A DNA stretch of 63,865 nt, counting the filler, from Octopus bimaculoides (taxonomy: Eukaryota): NCBI RefSeq assembly GCF_001194135.2. It is 5 parts of 5 records of this genome, joined end to end, with 100 filler letters (N's around TTAATTAATTAA, not from the genome) between each part and the next. Parts side by side here need not be neighbours in the genome. Positions count along the whole stretch, not along the records: positions 1 to 29,914 come from NC_068984.1; 4 more parts are not named here. The stretch is one strand, 5' to 3'. The stretch's first letter is position 1; each line of letters opens with the position of its first letter. The translations under genes and the position numbers were made by a program. Positions 11,539-24,949 of the stretch are shown here, piece after piece. The notes under the pieces are model-generated. The model saw nothing but the letters and a program-made list of their open reading frames with translations. It did not search any database and had not been told where the DNA came from.

Positions 11539-11949
11539 ATGTATGTATGTATGTATGTATGTATGTAGACGTGCATCGAGCAAACAAAAGCAAGCGCCGC
11601 CACCTAAAAACTGGTACATACGTATAATAAGTAAAACAGCAATACTTTGAAGTGCATACATATATTTAATAATGCTTCATAACGTATGAATGGTCTTGTT
11701 ATATTCACGTTAGTATGTTACACAATGAATGCCAGTTGCCAAAATTATAAGGAATACGTGACAGAAATATGAATTGTAGCGTGTCACTATTAAATATGGC
11801 GTTTCAGAAAACAAGACCATTCAAGAAAACACATAGACTTTAGTACATTTAGAGTATAGATTATCTAGGTATATAATACACGCATACATACGAGTGCATG
11901 TACACATACGAAATGATGTTAGCAAAGATTGTGTCTCTTTACAACATTG

Positions 11950-12170
11950 TCAGTGACGATGATGATGGAAATCAATGACGATTATGATGGTGGTGATGGT
12001 GGTGGTGGTGACAATGACGATAGCGACGGCGACGGCGGAGACTGTGACGGCGGAGACTGTGACGGCGACAATGATGAAGAAGAGAAGAGTGATGGTAGCG
12101 GGGAATGATGGTGCTATGATTGCTTCTGTTGCTAACGTTGCTGACGATGAGGACAACGATGTCGCAAATC
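11950..12170. repeat. Degenerate trinucleotide (GAT/GAC/GGT) low-complexity tract with a 15-bp duplication
   Basis: gacggcggagactgt occurs twice in tandem within mixed triplet repeats. Confidence 0.85.
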
Positions 12171-12265
12171 TGTACTAAAGTCAACCGTGACTCTCTCTCC
12201 TGGTTACAGCAATGTTTGGAAATATCAGTTTCTGTTAATTACTGATTGTGTGCGTGCGTGTGGGA

Positions 12266-12317
<52 letters not shown>

Positions 12318-12661
12318 ACGTGTGTATTTCTGTGTCATGCATTTATACATATCCGCATACATGTGTAGTTCTCTTCGAGGGCCACTTCTCTCCCTTAGTT
12401 TAAACACACGCATTCGCACGCGCGCGCGCGAGCGTGCAAATTTGTATATATGGATATATATGTATACATATGTGCAGNNNNNNNNNNNNNNNNNNNNNNN
12501 NNNNNNNNNNNNNNNNNNNNNNNNNNNNNNNNNNNNNNNNNNNNNNNNNNNNNNNNNNNNNNNNNNNNNNNNNNNNNNNNNNNNNNNNNNNNNNNNNNNN
12601 NNNNNNNNNNNNNNNNNNNNNAGAAACTACAGTATTTTTTTTTCATTATTTTTATAATTTG

Positions 12662-12735
12662 TATACTCTTTTACTCTTTTACTCTTTTACTTGTTTCAGT
12701 CATTTGACTGTGGCCATGCTGGAGCACCGCCTTTT
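12662..12735 (-). mobile_element. SINE family C, 3' end
   Basis: tactcttttactcttttacttgtttcagtcatttgactgtggccatgctggagcaccgcc. Confidence 0.8.
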
Positions 12736-12738
12736 CTT

Positions 12739-12891
12739 GTACAGCAGGGTTCGCCACTATCCCCTGCCGGAGCCTCGTGGAGCTTTAGGTGTTTTCGCTC
12801 AATAAACACTCACAACGCCCGGTCTGGGAATCGAAACCGCGATCCTATGACCACGAGTCCGCTACCCTAACCACTGGGCCATTGCGCCTCC
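12739..12891 (-). mobile_element. SINE family A, 5' 150 bp (tRNA-like head)
   Basis: Near-identical to 56288-56438; box A TGGCCCAGTGG and box B GGTTTCGATTCC on the minus strand. Confidence 0.9.
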
Positions 12892-13149
12892 ACAATAAAC
12901 GTCATTTCTTATTATAAGTGCAAAGAAACACCACACACTCGCCTCTCGAGTTTCGTTTGCCTTACAGTGTGTGCGATTCTTTGTTCACTCATCAAAGGTA
13001 CGCTACGTATTTTCTTTTGATATATTTCAATGCGTTATACAGTACAGTACAGTATAGTATTTATATTTATTTATTTATTAAATTTTAGGCGTGAAAATGC
13101 TTATTTTACCACAGAAATATTTAAAATCTAAAAAAATATAAATACCTAT

Positions 13150-13271
13150 CGGCCGCAGAAACCCGCGATATACTGAGGAGTCCGCGATATAAATTTACGT
13201 ACATTAGCAAGAAAAAATTGCGATATACTGAGGGTGTGACAGGTGAACCGCGATACGGCGTGTGATTACTG
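13150..13271 (+). mobile_element. pogo/Tigger-like DNA transposon right end
   Basis: Repeated cgcgatatactgag motifs ending gaaccgcgatacggcgtgtgattactg|ta, resembling Tigger-type termini recalled from memory; left end not found. Confidence 0.45.
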
Positions 13272-13829
13272 TATACACACAGATATGTGTCTGTGTGTGT
13301 GTGTGTGCGCGCGCGTATTGCAGCGTAGATAGATAGGTAGATTGATAGATTGAATGATTTATTTATAAACAGATAGATAGATCTATATAAATATATACAG
13401 AGAAATGCGTATGTATGTATGTATGTCTGTCTGTCTCTATGTATGTATGTATGTATGTATGTATGTATGTACGTATGTATGAATTACCAAATTGTTTTTA
13501 TGTTTTATAATTCCCAAACGAAATCTTCCACCTCTTCTAGACGAGATACATTTTTTTTAAGTTAACAATATTAATATTTCATTAGAAATGGTAGACAACC
13601 AGACTAAATGAACAGCAATATTTTTTTTCGTTTGCTCTTATGTTTGAACTTTTACAAATAACACCAGTTCGGAGTTGATAGTAAAGTGTACCTTGTCATA
13701 GAGTGACGAATCTCGTATCTAGCGGCTGTTTGCAATTTCATAATACATTTTTCTTTTAATATACGACATCCAGCTGTTCTTTTGCCTTCGTTTTTGTCAC
13801 CAATATCACTATCATTATAATGGTTGTCA

Positions 13830-13990
13830 CCCTAATCATCATCATCATCATCATCATCACCATCGTCATCATCATCGCCGTCGTCATCATCGTCATCCTC
13901 GTGGTTGTCGACGCCGTCATCATCCTTATCATCAGTGTCATCGCTATCATCTTCGTTGATGCCGTTTTCGTTGATGTCGTCATTATCATA
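13830..13990. repeat. (CAT/CGT)n degenerate trinucleotide tract
   Basis: Visible repeat. Confidence 0.9.
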
Positions 13991-14467
13991 GAATTTGTTA
14001 ATGTTTCAGATGTCTACGCCTAATTTTGTCATATGTTGAATAAACATATAACTACATATATGTAGTTATATGTTTTCTAATCATATTCTGACGGACTTCT
14101 TGAAGTGTCTCTAGTAAAATATGAAGACGCTTCCCGTCTTTTTACAAAACGTTTAAAGTTATTTAAAAATGAAAGATAACTTAATGATTCACACGACAGA
14201 GATTATTGTTATGTTATTGTTGTTGTTGTTGTTTCTGTTCTCTTTGTTGCAATCTGACTGGTTCATTAGGATTGTTCATATAAAACATTATCAAACAAAA
14301 ACTAGAGGCAATACCACATAAGTTTAAATGAACCCTCTTCTATGAATGTTACTGTTGTGTTTCAGCGTTTCATTGTTTCACATAATTTCATAATGTTGGT
14401 GGTGTCTCCTTTAGTGGTGTAGAAGCTAACAAAACCATATTAATAGTCTATTCGCTCTTTGCTTATA

Positions 14468-15365
14468 AGAGTGTATTGAAAAGTTCATTGGTTGATTGTG
14501 ACGGAAGGATGCTATAGCTGTGAAATCTTGCATGCATTCATTTCAAATTTTTCTTATTAATAACTGCATTGTTTCTTTCTAGGTCTACTGACATATAACT
14601 GTTCACAGAAGACTTCAAAAGTAACCCCTTCTCTTGAAAATGGACAAAATTTGGTATCGTGGTGTTATCAAGTACCAGCAGAAAATGGGTCTAGACTCCA
14701 AGGGAATTCATGCTGACATTGTTGCTACATTAGGGTATGACACTCAAGCTTTATCAACAAAGCAAAAGTGGACAGTTGAATTTAGGAGGGAAACGGAGAG
14801 TCTTGAAGATGATCCGAAGATAACCTGTGCAGTGGAAACACTTCTCCTCACCTGCTTCAAAGAAGGTGAAGGCCGTTTCATCTGCAGGAAAGGTGACGGC
14901 CTCAGTTTTGGGAATTCAAAAGTCATTGTGTTTATTTATTATCGTCAAAAGGGCCACAGCATCAATAGAGAGTACTATGCCAACTTGCTGAGGCAGTTAC
15001 GAAAGGTTATCAAGACCAAACGCGCAGAAAAAACTGCCGAAAGGAGTCTTGTTTCATTAGGATAATGCTCCAGCACACAAGTCCTTGCTTCCAATGGCTG
15101 CTATGCGTGACTAGCTTTGAACTGGTTAATCACACTCCCCATTCTTCTGATTTGGCCCCCATCTGACTATCGTCTGTTCCCCAGTATCGCAATGATGATG
15201 ATGTCATATCTGCTGTTGATTACTTTTTTGACCTACAAGATGAAAGCTTCTTCACCGATGGGATCCAAGCACTGCAACACCGATTGGAGAAGTGCGTGGA
15301 CTGCATGGGGAACTAAGTGGAAAAATAAACCTCGGTCAGCCTATGAACTTTTCAGCCAACCCTCG
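14468..15365 (+). mobile_element. Internally deleted mariner (irritans/Hsmar2-like ends), ~0.9 kb
   Basis: ~30-bp imperfect TIRs (..GAAAAGTTCAT(T/A)GG(T/C)TGA) with TA on both sides; peptide MDKIWYRGVIKY..KWTVEFRR..SLEDDP jumps to YYANLLRQLRKVIK; DNAP-like and YSPDLAPSDY-like motifs are recognisable across frameshifts. Confidence 0.9.
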
Positions 15366-15469
15366 TACTTAGATATGATTTCTCGTTACAATCTTTTGAT
15401 GCCGACCTTTACGCTGTTCGAAATCTCTTTAAGATCTTCCGTTAAGATTTTGTAATATTCCAGGCTTGT

Positions 15470-16330
15470 AGAGCTTATATGTAGTTGCCAAGCAAATAAT
15501 TAATCTATAATGGTGTTTAGATTAATAGTGTTGATATTTAAGAATAGGAGTTTCTCTGTTGTCATTAACCAATTTGGTGCTAACTTTCTTTTACAAGCAT
15601 GATATCAAATGCCTTTTGCATCAATCTTGTTTGTAAAATTAAAATGTTTCAACCATAAGTTTCGCAGTTGATTTCAAAGGCTTTCCTTCATGTACCTAAT
15701 CGAGATTCTTGTGAAAATTTTGTATGAGGTGTTTAAACAGATGATTCGCCTTCAAATGTTTTTACTTCTTTTAAGTTTTCCGACTTGTGAAAGAGGTTAT
15801 TTTGACCTAATAGTACCTAATTTGAAATAGCATGTGGATTAAGAGTCCCTTCCTGCATTCGAAGACAAATTGTTCTCTAAGAACAGCTTTACTCCATTCA
15901 CTAATAATTCTGAATGCCATCATTACCTCACATGAATCCATTTTTTCCATTTCTCTTAAGCTTTCTTCATTACATTTTTCTCAAATCCTAGTCATCCGTG
16001 CTTTGCTATCCTTCTAGCAAGTTCTTCACCATTTTGTCTAACATTGTATTGTTGATGTTATGGATTTCTCCTCCCACAAACTAACCCAGAATTAGCCGTC
16101 GATTTATGAACTATCTTCTATTTTGGGTAAACAGACAGTTCTTTAGTATTTCTCGATATAAAGTTTGTTTAATACTTCGTTTCATTCCATTCCTTATTTC
16201 TGAACACTTCCTAATTCCTCAACACTTAATACTTTAGAATCTGTAACTATTCATAAATCTTTCTAACTTTTGTTATCTTCATAAATTGTCTTCTGTTCTT
16301 ACGGTTAAATATTTTATCTGCTGTCTTGAC
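15470..16330 (-). mobile_element. Highly degenerate LINE RT remnant
   Basis: Minus-strand traces such as QKAFDI and HTKIFTRI; many stop codons. Confidence 0.4.
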
Positions 16331-16654
16331 AATCATTTAATTTATGACCACGTTTGAGATTGTCTTTTTTATTATTATTATTTTAAATATATATACACGC
16401 ACGATACTAACGAATAGTGGCGAATCACGCACAGAAATGGGTCTATAATAATGTGTCGCTGAAAGACTTGGTGGAGGTGGCCGATTGCAAGTACTTTCGC
16501 TTGATGGAAATACATTGTCCCAAAGAATATTTTATCAAATTTAATGCTTGCTACTGTATTGATTCACGCGGGATTTGAGCTCAGTATGTAAAAAAAAAAC
16601 GCGAAATATGTAACACAGAATTTCGCTCGATGCTTTAACAACATTGTCAACATT

Positions 16655-17041
16655 GTTTGTTGTTGGCACTCCGTCGCTTACGACGTCGAGGGTTCCAGTT
16701 GATCCGATCAACGGAACAGCCTGCTCGTCAAATTAACGTGCAAGTGGCTGAGCACTCCACAGACACGTGTACCCTTAACGTAGTTCTCGGGGGATGTTCA
16801 GCGTGATACAGTGTGACAAGGTTGGCCCTTTGAAATACAGGTACAACAGAAACAGGAAGTAAGAGTGAGAGAAAGTTGTGGTGGAAGAGTACAGTAGGGT
16901 TCACCACCATCCCCTGCCGGAGCCTCGTGGAGCGTTAGGTGTTTTCGCTCAATAAACACTCACAACGCCCGGTCTGGGAATTGAAACCATGATCTTATGA
17001 CCGCGAATACGCTTCCATAACGACTGGGCCATTGCGCCTCC
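16655..17041 (-). mobile_element. SINE family A, full length, with 14-bp TSD
   Basis: Head GGAGGCGCAATGGCCCAG, tail CGTAAGCGACGGAGTGCCAACAA; flanks acattgtcaacatt (16641-54) and acactgtcaacatt (17042-55). Confidence 0.93.
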
Positions 17042-17178
17042 ACACTGTCAACATTATGTAATATTTATATAGTGGCTTCCTTATATTTTCTTTCCATTCC
17101 AGTATTTTATATTTTAACTAACTTTATATAACACATTTTGTGCTTCTTAGTGTATTTGTGATGTTATTTCTCTGACAG

Positions 17179-17328
17179 GTGGATGACAGAGATCGAAAGA
17201 GTAGAAAATTTAGCATCACCGCAAGCTCTGGTGACAGATGCGAGGAGGATCCTCTTTCCTTTGTATTGCAAGGGGAATCCACTTTCGTTTGTGTTGAAGT
17301 CGATGGGAGTTTGGCATTGCGCCATTCA
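17179..17328 (+). CDS. Candidate internal exon, 150 nt, phase 0-0 (VDDRDRKSRKFSITASSGDRCEEDPLSFVLQGESTFVCVEVDGSLALRHS)
   Basis: Pyrimidine tract plus acceptor ttatttctctgacag|G; open frame; more GC-rich than the flanks; moderate donor TCA|GTATAT. No repeat family recognised. Strand pattern resembles IL-1/FGF beta4-beta7. Confidence 0.55.
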
Positions 17329-17699
17329 GTATATTTTAGCATATCTCTTTTGTTTTTCTTTTTAAAAACCTTTCCTCTACTTTTATCGGTATCTAAATCA
17401 TTTACGCCATTGTAGTTAGTTTCTAATTTCTACTTTTTTGTTTCCTTTGTGTTTCTTTATTACACTAATCAGTTTTACTTTGCTTCTAAGTGTTTTTCAC
17501 CTACTACTGTTGTTATATCTGTATCAGAATCCGTCCTCTCGTATAGATATAGCTTATTACTGTTTACTTTAGAGTAGTAGCTCCGGAACGCTACTGGTAG
17601 TTTTCTGATTTTCTGTCTAAGCTTTACAATTCACTAGCAAATTATTATATTGAAATTGTTGTTTATGATTGGTAAGGCTAGTGCATTTATATCCATTAT

Positions 17700-18560
17700 C
17701 ATATTTCTAGCGTTGAATTCAGATTTTAATATTAGTCTGACCCTTTTATTGTACTCATCTAATTTAATACTACATTTTCCTATTTTATCTTAGTGTTATC
17801 TCCTTCTAAACTATGAGTGGTTTTGGTCTAATTCTTGATTTCGTTGTCTGTATTTAATTATATCTTCTCAGTTTTAGTTAATTTGCTTTTCAGTATGGTA
17901 GTTTTGGCACATATGTCTAATTATCTGCTTATTTTATTGGCTTGACTGAATTTATGAACAATTAATTTTCCAAGTATTATCTTTTGCAAATATTTCTAAG
18001 TCATCAATGTAAAGGAGATCATTTATACTTTATCTCTAGCATCTATAAACATTCTTGGTTTCCTTCAACAGATTTATTAATGTAGTCAGGACATAGTAAA
18101 GCAGATGAGATCATGAGACCCCTTGAAATATTCCTTTTCGTGTGGAGCTGGTTTTAAATTATTCACTTTGTCTTGTAATGATATGTTCGTTTTTCATTTT
18201 GAAATGGCATTTTTATATACTTTGTTAAAACTGGAAGTTATTTATAAGCAGTATGTCTAATATGGTATACTCATAAATGTTTTTAACAAATCCATTCAAC
18301 CCAAGTTAAGATTTTGTTTCCCTCTTTTTCTGCTTCCCACAATGATCCGGTTCATCAGTAGCTGTTCGGTACAGCCACATTTTCCTTCCAGGGGTCTTTT
18401 CTGCTTCACGTAATATGTTGTTCTCTCTTGGCGAATAACCAGTCTACTGTATACAGTGGATGAAGGGGCTTTGTATGTTGCTGGCAATTAAATTATGGGT
18501 ACGACTTGGAAGGCCTCTGGTCTTTTTGTTTTTAGGAATGGATAGTGTTCCCTCTCTCCA
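17700..18560 (-). mobile_element. Degenerate R4/Dong-like LINE RT fragment
   Basis: Minus-strand motifs GKCGCTEQLLMNR, KGIFQG and NDLLYIDDL. Confidence 0.7.
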
Positions 18561-18744
18561 TCCAGTAGCCATTCTTATCTACTTAATTCTTCCTTGATTG
18601 CAACCATAACCTACAGATAGATATTGTTCAGTTGTTTCAGACAGAAACTGGAGGCCTGGTCAGTTCTAGAGCTTTTTTAAGATGCAATTATTAAGGTGTT
18701 GATGAATACTGTCCAACTACAGCGTTTCACTCTTCTTTACGTTC

Positions 18745-18890
18745 TCAGTTGAAATTCTCCCGAGGTTGACTTTGCCCTTCATCCTTTCGAGGTCGATTAA
18801 ATAAGTACCAGTTGGACACTGGGGTCGATTTAATCGACTTAGCTCCTCCCCCTAACCTGCTGGCCTTATGCCAAAATTTGAAACCAATAT
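18745..18890 (+). mobile_element. SINE family B, 3' half
   Basis: gaggttgactttgcccttcatcctttcgaggtcgattaaataagtaccag. Confidence 0.8.
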
Positions 18891-20051
18891 TTCGGTAGTT
18901 TATTTCCGTGAACAGAATTACATTTACTTATCCTCTCGCGGTTTTATCATTTGCTGTCAAGTATGGGTGAGGGTATAGTTTTATTGTGGCTGTAGATTTG
19001 GTTGAATGTTTCTATGGGGACATCTATGCGCTTCATGATCACTTTGGACTTTAAATATTTATTTCGTTATGGAGTCTTGTTTATTTTTTCTGTAGATAGA
19101 TCCATAATACAGTCATTGCATTTTATGTGTTCACCTTTTGAGTGTCGTTGTCGCTGTTGTTTCTTTATTTTTGTGAAGAGTTTATGTATCTTTGTTGACG
19201 TGTGTTTTGTTGCGGTGCTTTCATTGATTTCATTGATTTGTTGTAGGCCATTTTTATGAGTAGTCAGGGCTATTTATTGTTAAATTTTCGGCGTGTATCC
19301 TTTCTATAAATTGTCTTATTTCAATTATTAGAATATTTTATAAATCTCCTTACATTCACATTTATATTGATATTCTTTATCTCATACATCTCTTTAGTAG
19401 AGCTCAAGTATGTTAGATATTGTGTAGTAGGAATGTTACATATCAATAAAGTGTTCATCGGCCCAACATTCACTCTTTATTTTGTTTATATTTTGAACTC
19501 TAGCAATAAGAGACAGGAATTTTTTGTTCGGAGTTATCTTCCGAAGGTGCACCACTCTGAACCACATATTACGTTGCTTTCCCGTCATAATTTCAATAAA
19601 CTCACGCTGTGAAATTTATTTTTACTCTGCCAGTCACAGTTTTGTCCTTGTTTGATTTAGACTGAGTTGAACAGTTTTTAAATTGTATTGATATTATTTT
19701 AAGTTCGTTTGCATTGCTTTCTTTGTATTGAAAATGCTCATTTCGTTTTTCTTTACTAGGCATGTTAATTTGTTTCTATTTTCGTATGTTTATATGTTGG
19801 TAAATATATTTTCGGTGTAATAATCACAAATTATGCATTGGATAAGTATCAGCTGTACTTACTGAGATCACATCATTTCCATTCAACTTCATTTGTATTC
19901 AAGTTCGTTCTTTCTGTTTTGTATACTGTACATGCTCACATCATTTATGGACATTTGTATTATTTAAACAATATATTTTGTATGTAATAACATGAAATAC
20001 ATAAAATAGGAATCAATTGTACTTACTCTAGTCTGCATAACAACGCTGCCA

Positions 20052-20105
<54 letters not shown>

Positions 20106-20474
20106 TGATATCGGTTTTAGTTTAATGGTATCGGATATATTTCAGATTTTACGTCCATGTTGATATTCAGTGGAGGCTGTGTTTTTTCATTCATTATCTA
20201 TTTTTGTGTTTTTATTTACCATAGCAGACTAGATACATAAATATTGGTTGTTTGCGAAGAAAATGTACAAGATGACTTTATCTAGGCTTAGGACTATATT
20301 GAATGTATTTTAATGAGTGTTTGTGTATGTGTAAGGGAGGGGCATGTATCAAGTAACTGTCGATTATACACCATTACATATTGCATCATGTTCCTTTACG
20401 GCTCATCTTTTATACACACGCATATACATACACATACACACATATACATACACACACATATAATTTTCATTGTG

Positions 20475-20745
20475 GTATGGCTGACACAGCTACTGCTTCT
20501 ACTGCATCCACGACAAGATTTACAAGAAAGTTGTCTACTAATTTGCAGTGATTCAAGCACCAACGCATTACAACCACTACGCCATAGACGCATGGTTTCT
20601 TCCCTTTGTCTCTTCTATCACGACAACGGAATTCATTGTATGCCTGTAGAAGAACAGACCTTTCGGTTGCACATTAACCACTTCAATCTAATTAAACTGA
20701 GATCATCTTCAAAGAGCGATATCAAGGAATTTCTTCGTTTGACCA
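20475..20745 (+). mobile_element. CR1/L2/Jockey-group LINE, C-terminal fragment
   Basis: Peptide LQPLRHRRMVSSLCLFYH resembles the LQPL.HRR.V.SL.LFY motif at the ORF2 end of such LINEs. Confidence 0.55.
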
Positions 20746-21396
20746 TTTTATAAGAAAAGTACATAGAAGAATAATTTTTAATCATTCTTAAGTAGGAAGT
20801 TGTCCAGACTTTTATTAAAGCATTTTTCATATCTTTACTCACTACTTCTCTACAACCCAGATTCTCTAGGGAGTACACTTTTAGCTATCACCTCTAAGTT
20901 CTTTATTCCCCTCTCTAATTTGTTAAAATACGAAAGCTTTTACGTTTCTGTTAGATATATATATTTCTGTCTAAAGTACATGGCATATCAATTATTACGT
21001 ATAATTTCTTCTTTTGACCGTTTTATCACTCTACTATATTGTCTCCGACATCTATAAGCACGGCTTTAATGACTCTCTTCCGCTGGGATGTCGTCTGTAG
21101 CTTCAGCTATTATTCGCTTCTCATAATTTTACGTCTGACAATTCTCGATCCTCTTTCTTATTTTGTTTTACTGTCTCAGTGACTTGGTTGTTTAGCTTTC
21201 TTTAATTTAGTTGCTTATTGTCTCGGGCCGTTGTTGGGTCCCCTAGCTATAGTGTCACGATTAATTTGGCGTTTTGTGTAACTTTAATTTCTTTTATACT
21301 TATGTGTGTGTATGCGTGCATACAATGAGTTTGTGCCTGTATTACGAAAGTATGATCTCTCCCTCTCTCTCTCTCTTTCTTTGTATATATATATAT

Positions 21397-21461
<65 letters not shown>

Positions 21462-21619
21462 TATATGTATGTATATATGTATGTATGTATGTATGTATTA
21501 TGTATGTATGATTGTGTATGGTGGGAGGTAAACGTACATACACGCACATATATTCGCACATACATGCACACATGAATACATGACTTTTCCTACTTTGTTT
21601 CTACTTAAAGAAATATGTG

Positions 21620-22310
21620 GTGTGATATTATTATTGGCAAATCGACCGACAAAATACCTTCCGATATTTGTTCAACCGTTAACATTCTGGGTTCAAATCC
21701 TACCGAGGAAAAATTTTGCCTTAATACCACCGGAGAATCAGTGAAATAAAGTTCTAGTCAATTACTGGGGGGTCGATGCAATCCACTAACCACATCTCTT
21801 CATAACTTCCTCGTCTTGTGATCCAATTAAAGACAATTATTAAAGGCGGTAGAATGACAGAATCGGTAGAGTATCGAAAAATTGACTTGCGTTATTTTTT
21901 CCGACTCTTTACATTCTGAGTTCAGGTCCCAAAGTTCGGTGGTCAACTTTGCCTTTAATACCTCTGGTGTCAATAAAACAATGTATCATTCACGTATTAA
22001 TGCTGATGATATCGATTAACCCCACCCCTCAAAATTGCAGATCATATACTTAAATTAGAAACAATTATAATAATTCTCTCTAAGGCGGCGAGCTGGCAGA
22101 ATCGTTGGCACGCCGGATAGAATGCTTAGCGGTGGCATTTCGTACGTCTTTACGTTCTGAGTTCAAATTCCGCCGAGGTCGACTTTGCCCTTTCATCCTT
22201 TCATGGTCGATAAATTAAGTACCAGTGAAACACTGGGGTCGATGTAATCGACTTATACCCTCCCCCCAAATTGCAGGTATTGTGCCTATAGTAGAAAGGA
22301 TTATTATAAT
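21620..22310 (+). mobile_element. Three head-to-tail SINE family B copies (~21620-21840, 21843-22065, 22084-22310)
   Basis: Each has a gttctgagttcaaat-like B box, a central ctttgcc..ggtcgat..agtacca domain and an ATT-rich tail; the third is best preserved (GGCGGCGAGCTGGCAGAATCG head). Confidence 0.85.
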
Positions 22311-22462
22311 TCTCTTTCCTTTAGACTTATCGTTTTTACTGCACAGTTGAGTGCACTTTTGTGAGCTAAGTGCAGTGTTTAGTTTTGGTTTTATATTGAA
22401 AGCATATCACGTAATATGTGTGTTAGCGCAGTCTAGCTCTACTTTTGTACGTTATACAACAG

Positions 22463-22566
22463 GGTCTCATTATACGAACATAATCCGTCCAGAGTCCTGA
22501 TGGTTACACGAGAAATTAAATTTGTGGGGAGTAATGCGCTCCATGTCACCCAAACTCCGCATAAAG
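22463..22566 (+). CDS. Candidate internal exon, 104 nt, phase 2-1 (xVSLYEHNPSRVLMVTREIKFVGSNALHVTQTPHKx)
   Basis: Acceptor tctacttttgtacgttatacaacag|G and strong donor AAG|GTATGA; only one of three frames is open; non-repetitive and more GC-rich than the flanks. Confidence 0.55.
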
Positions 22567-23200
22567 GTATGAAATAATGCTTTAGTTGTCCAATAATTAA
22601 TAGCAGATGCATGAATATATATATATATATATATANNNNNNNNNNNNNNNNNNNNNNNNNNNNNNNNNNNNNNNNNNNNNNNNNNNNNNNNNNNNNNNNN
22701 NNNNNNNNNNNNNNNNNNNNNNNNNNNNNNNNNNNNNNNNNNNNNNNNNNNNNNNNNNNNNNNNNNNNNNNNNNNNNNNNNNNNNNNNNNNNNNNNNNNN
22801 NNNNNNNNNNNNNNNNNNNNNNNNNNNNNNNNNNNNNNNNNNNNNNNNNNNNNNNNNNNNNNNNNNNNNNNNNNNNNNNNNNNNNNNNNNNNNNNNNNNN
22901 NNNNNNNNNNNNNNNNNNNNNNNNNNNNNNNNNNNNNNNNNNNNNNNNNNNNNNNNNNNNNNNNNNNNNNNNNNNNNNNNNNNNNNNNNNNNNNNNNNNN
23001 NNNNNNNNNNNNNNNNNNNNNNNNNNNNNNNNNNNNNNNNNNNNNNNNNNNNNNNNNNNNNNNNNNNNNNNNNNNNNNNNNNNNNNNNNNNNNNNNNNNN
23101 NNNNNNNNNNNNNNNNNNNNNNNNNNNNNNNNNNNNNNNNNNNNNNNNNNNNNNNNNNNNNNNNNNNNNTTCCATATAAAATATGAAAAGTTACAAGCTA

Positions 23201-24452
23201 TTAGGTTGTTCCAAAAATAATGGCCGCCTTAAGTGTTGTATTTTGAAACGCAATTTTATCATAGTATTTTAATTATATTTTAGGTGGATTTCGACATACT
23301 TAATAATTGATGTATGCTCTTAAATAATTTTCTACTTCTTTCAGACAGAAAACATTCTTGAAGCATTGGCGCCTTTAATTATGAACATGGCAAAAAGGGA
23401 ACTTCGCTTACTTTTCTTGCATGAGTTCAAGCTTGGGCACAATGCCTCCCAAACTGCTGCCAATATCAACAAAGCATGGGGAGAGGGGTCCACGGTACGA
23501 AGGTGGTTTCAGAAATTCTGTAGTGGTGATGAGAACCTTGAAGATGAAGAAGGTAGAGGACGGTTATGCTGTCTTGACAATGAACAATTGAAAGCAATTG
23601 TTAAACAAAACCCACGTGAAAGTGTTAGAGAAATGTCTCAGGTACTTGGTGCTGGTATTGCTACGGTCTCACGCAATCTGCTGAAGATTGGTAAGGTGAA
23701 AAAGTTCGATAAATGGGTACCGCATGAGCTCAATGAAAATCAAAAAGTTTGGCATTTTGAAGTGTACTCAATGCTCTTTCTGCGAAACACCAATGATCCT
23801 TTTCTTGACCGAATAGTCACTTGTGACGAAAAGTAGATCCTTTATGATAACCGTAAACGATAAGGTCAATGGTTTGATCGTGATGAGTCCTGCAAACATT
23901 TCCCAAAGCCAAAGTTGCATCATCAAAAGATTATGGTGACTGTCTGGTGGTCTGCAATTGGTGTTGTCCATTACAGCTTTCTGGAAGCCAATCAGAGTAT
24001 TATAGCAGAGGTTTACTGCAATCAACGTGCTGAAATGCATGCTCACTTGCAAAAAATGAGACCTGTATTAGTGAATCGATGTGGCCCAATTCTGCTCCAC
24101 GATAATGCAAAGCTACATATTGCAAGAATGACGCTGCAGAAAATCACAGACTTGGGATACGCGATTTTACCACATCCTCCATATTCTCCTGATTTTTCAC
24201 CTACTGACTACCATTTTTTTAAGTGCTAAAACTTTCAGATCCAAACCAGTGGTGGATCAGCTTTCAAAGATTTCTTACATCAAAGCCAATAAGTTTTTAT
24301 CAACGTGGCATAAATAATCTCGTTGATTGATGGCAGACATGAATAGACGTTTACGGCCAATACTTTGACTAATCAAAACATTTCTATTGTTAATTTTTCC
24401 AATAATAAAATAATTTTTTCTGAAATCAGCCATTATTTTCGGAACACCTTAA
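23201..24452 (+). mobile_element. Near full-length mariner (cecropia/Hsmar1-like), inactive
   Basis: TIRs TTAGGTTGTTCCAAAAATAATGGC and TTAAGGTGTTCCGAAAATAATGGC, TA flanks, 1252 bp; HTH region, WVPHEL, FLDRIVTCDEK, LLHDNA and HPPYSPDFSPTDYHFF (D,D34D); premature stops. Confidence 0.96.
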
Positions 24453-24949
24453 TACATAAAATACGTTCATGGATGTTAATGAACTGTTTGTACCCCTCCG
24501 CTAGCCACATACGCGCATGCGTAGTCAGCTCGCTGTTTGTTGTTCAAATTTCAGCTCGCTAAGTGAACGAGCTTATACGCGCAATTAGTCTGCTCGCGAT
24601 CGTTGATCAAATTTTAGTTCGTTATGCGAGCTCAATTTTCATAAGGAAAAACAAAGAACGTTCTTTGTTCATTTTGCTCGTTTACAGAACCGTATATGGG
24701 TACCCTGCATTGTTTTCAATCATATAAAAGCGCACTATAGGAATTGTTTCTGCTTTCTATCCTCACAAATGGTTATCACTATTTCTGGAATTTTATATTT
24801 GGAAAATTTTTCTATTTGTTTTAGAGATACATTGATGAAGATTGATATATTCGTGAGTATCTTTACTGAGTCAGTCTCTGAAACTTTTTCTTATGTATTC
24901 TTATAGCGCCTGTTTTCTCCATGTTTTCAAAATGCTAGCATATTTTCAA

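Noticed and set aside
11950-12184. His-rich and Thr/Val-rich ORFs
   Set aside because: Degenerate triplet repeats with no splice or start context.
22437-22462. Alternative phase-0 acceptor (TAG at 22434-36) that would join exon 17179-17328 directly to 22566
   Set aside because: Poor pyrimidine tract and an implausibly short beta7-beta8 connection; kept only as a fallback.
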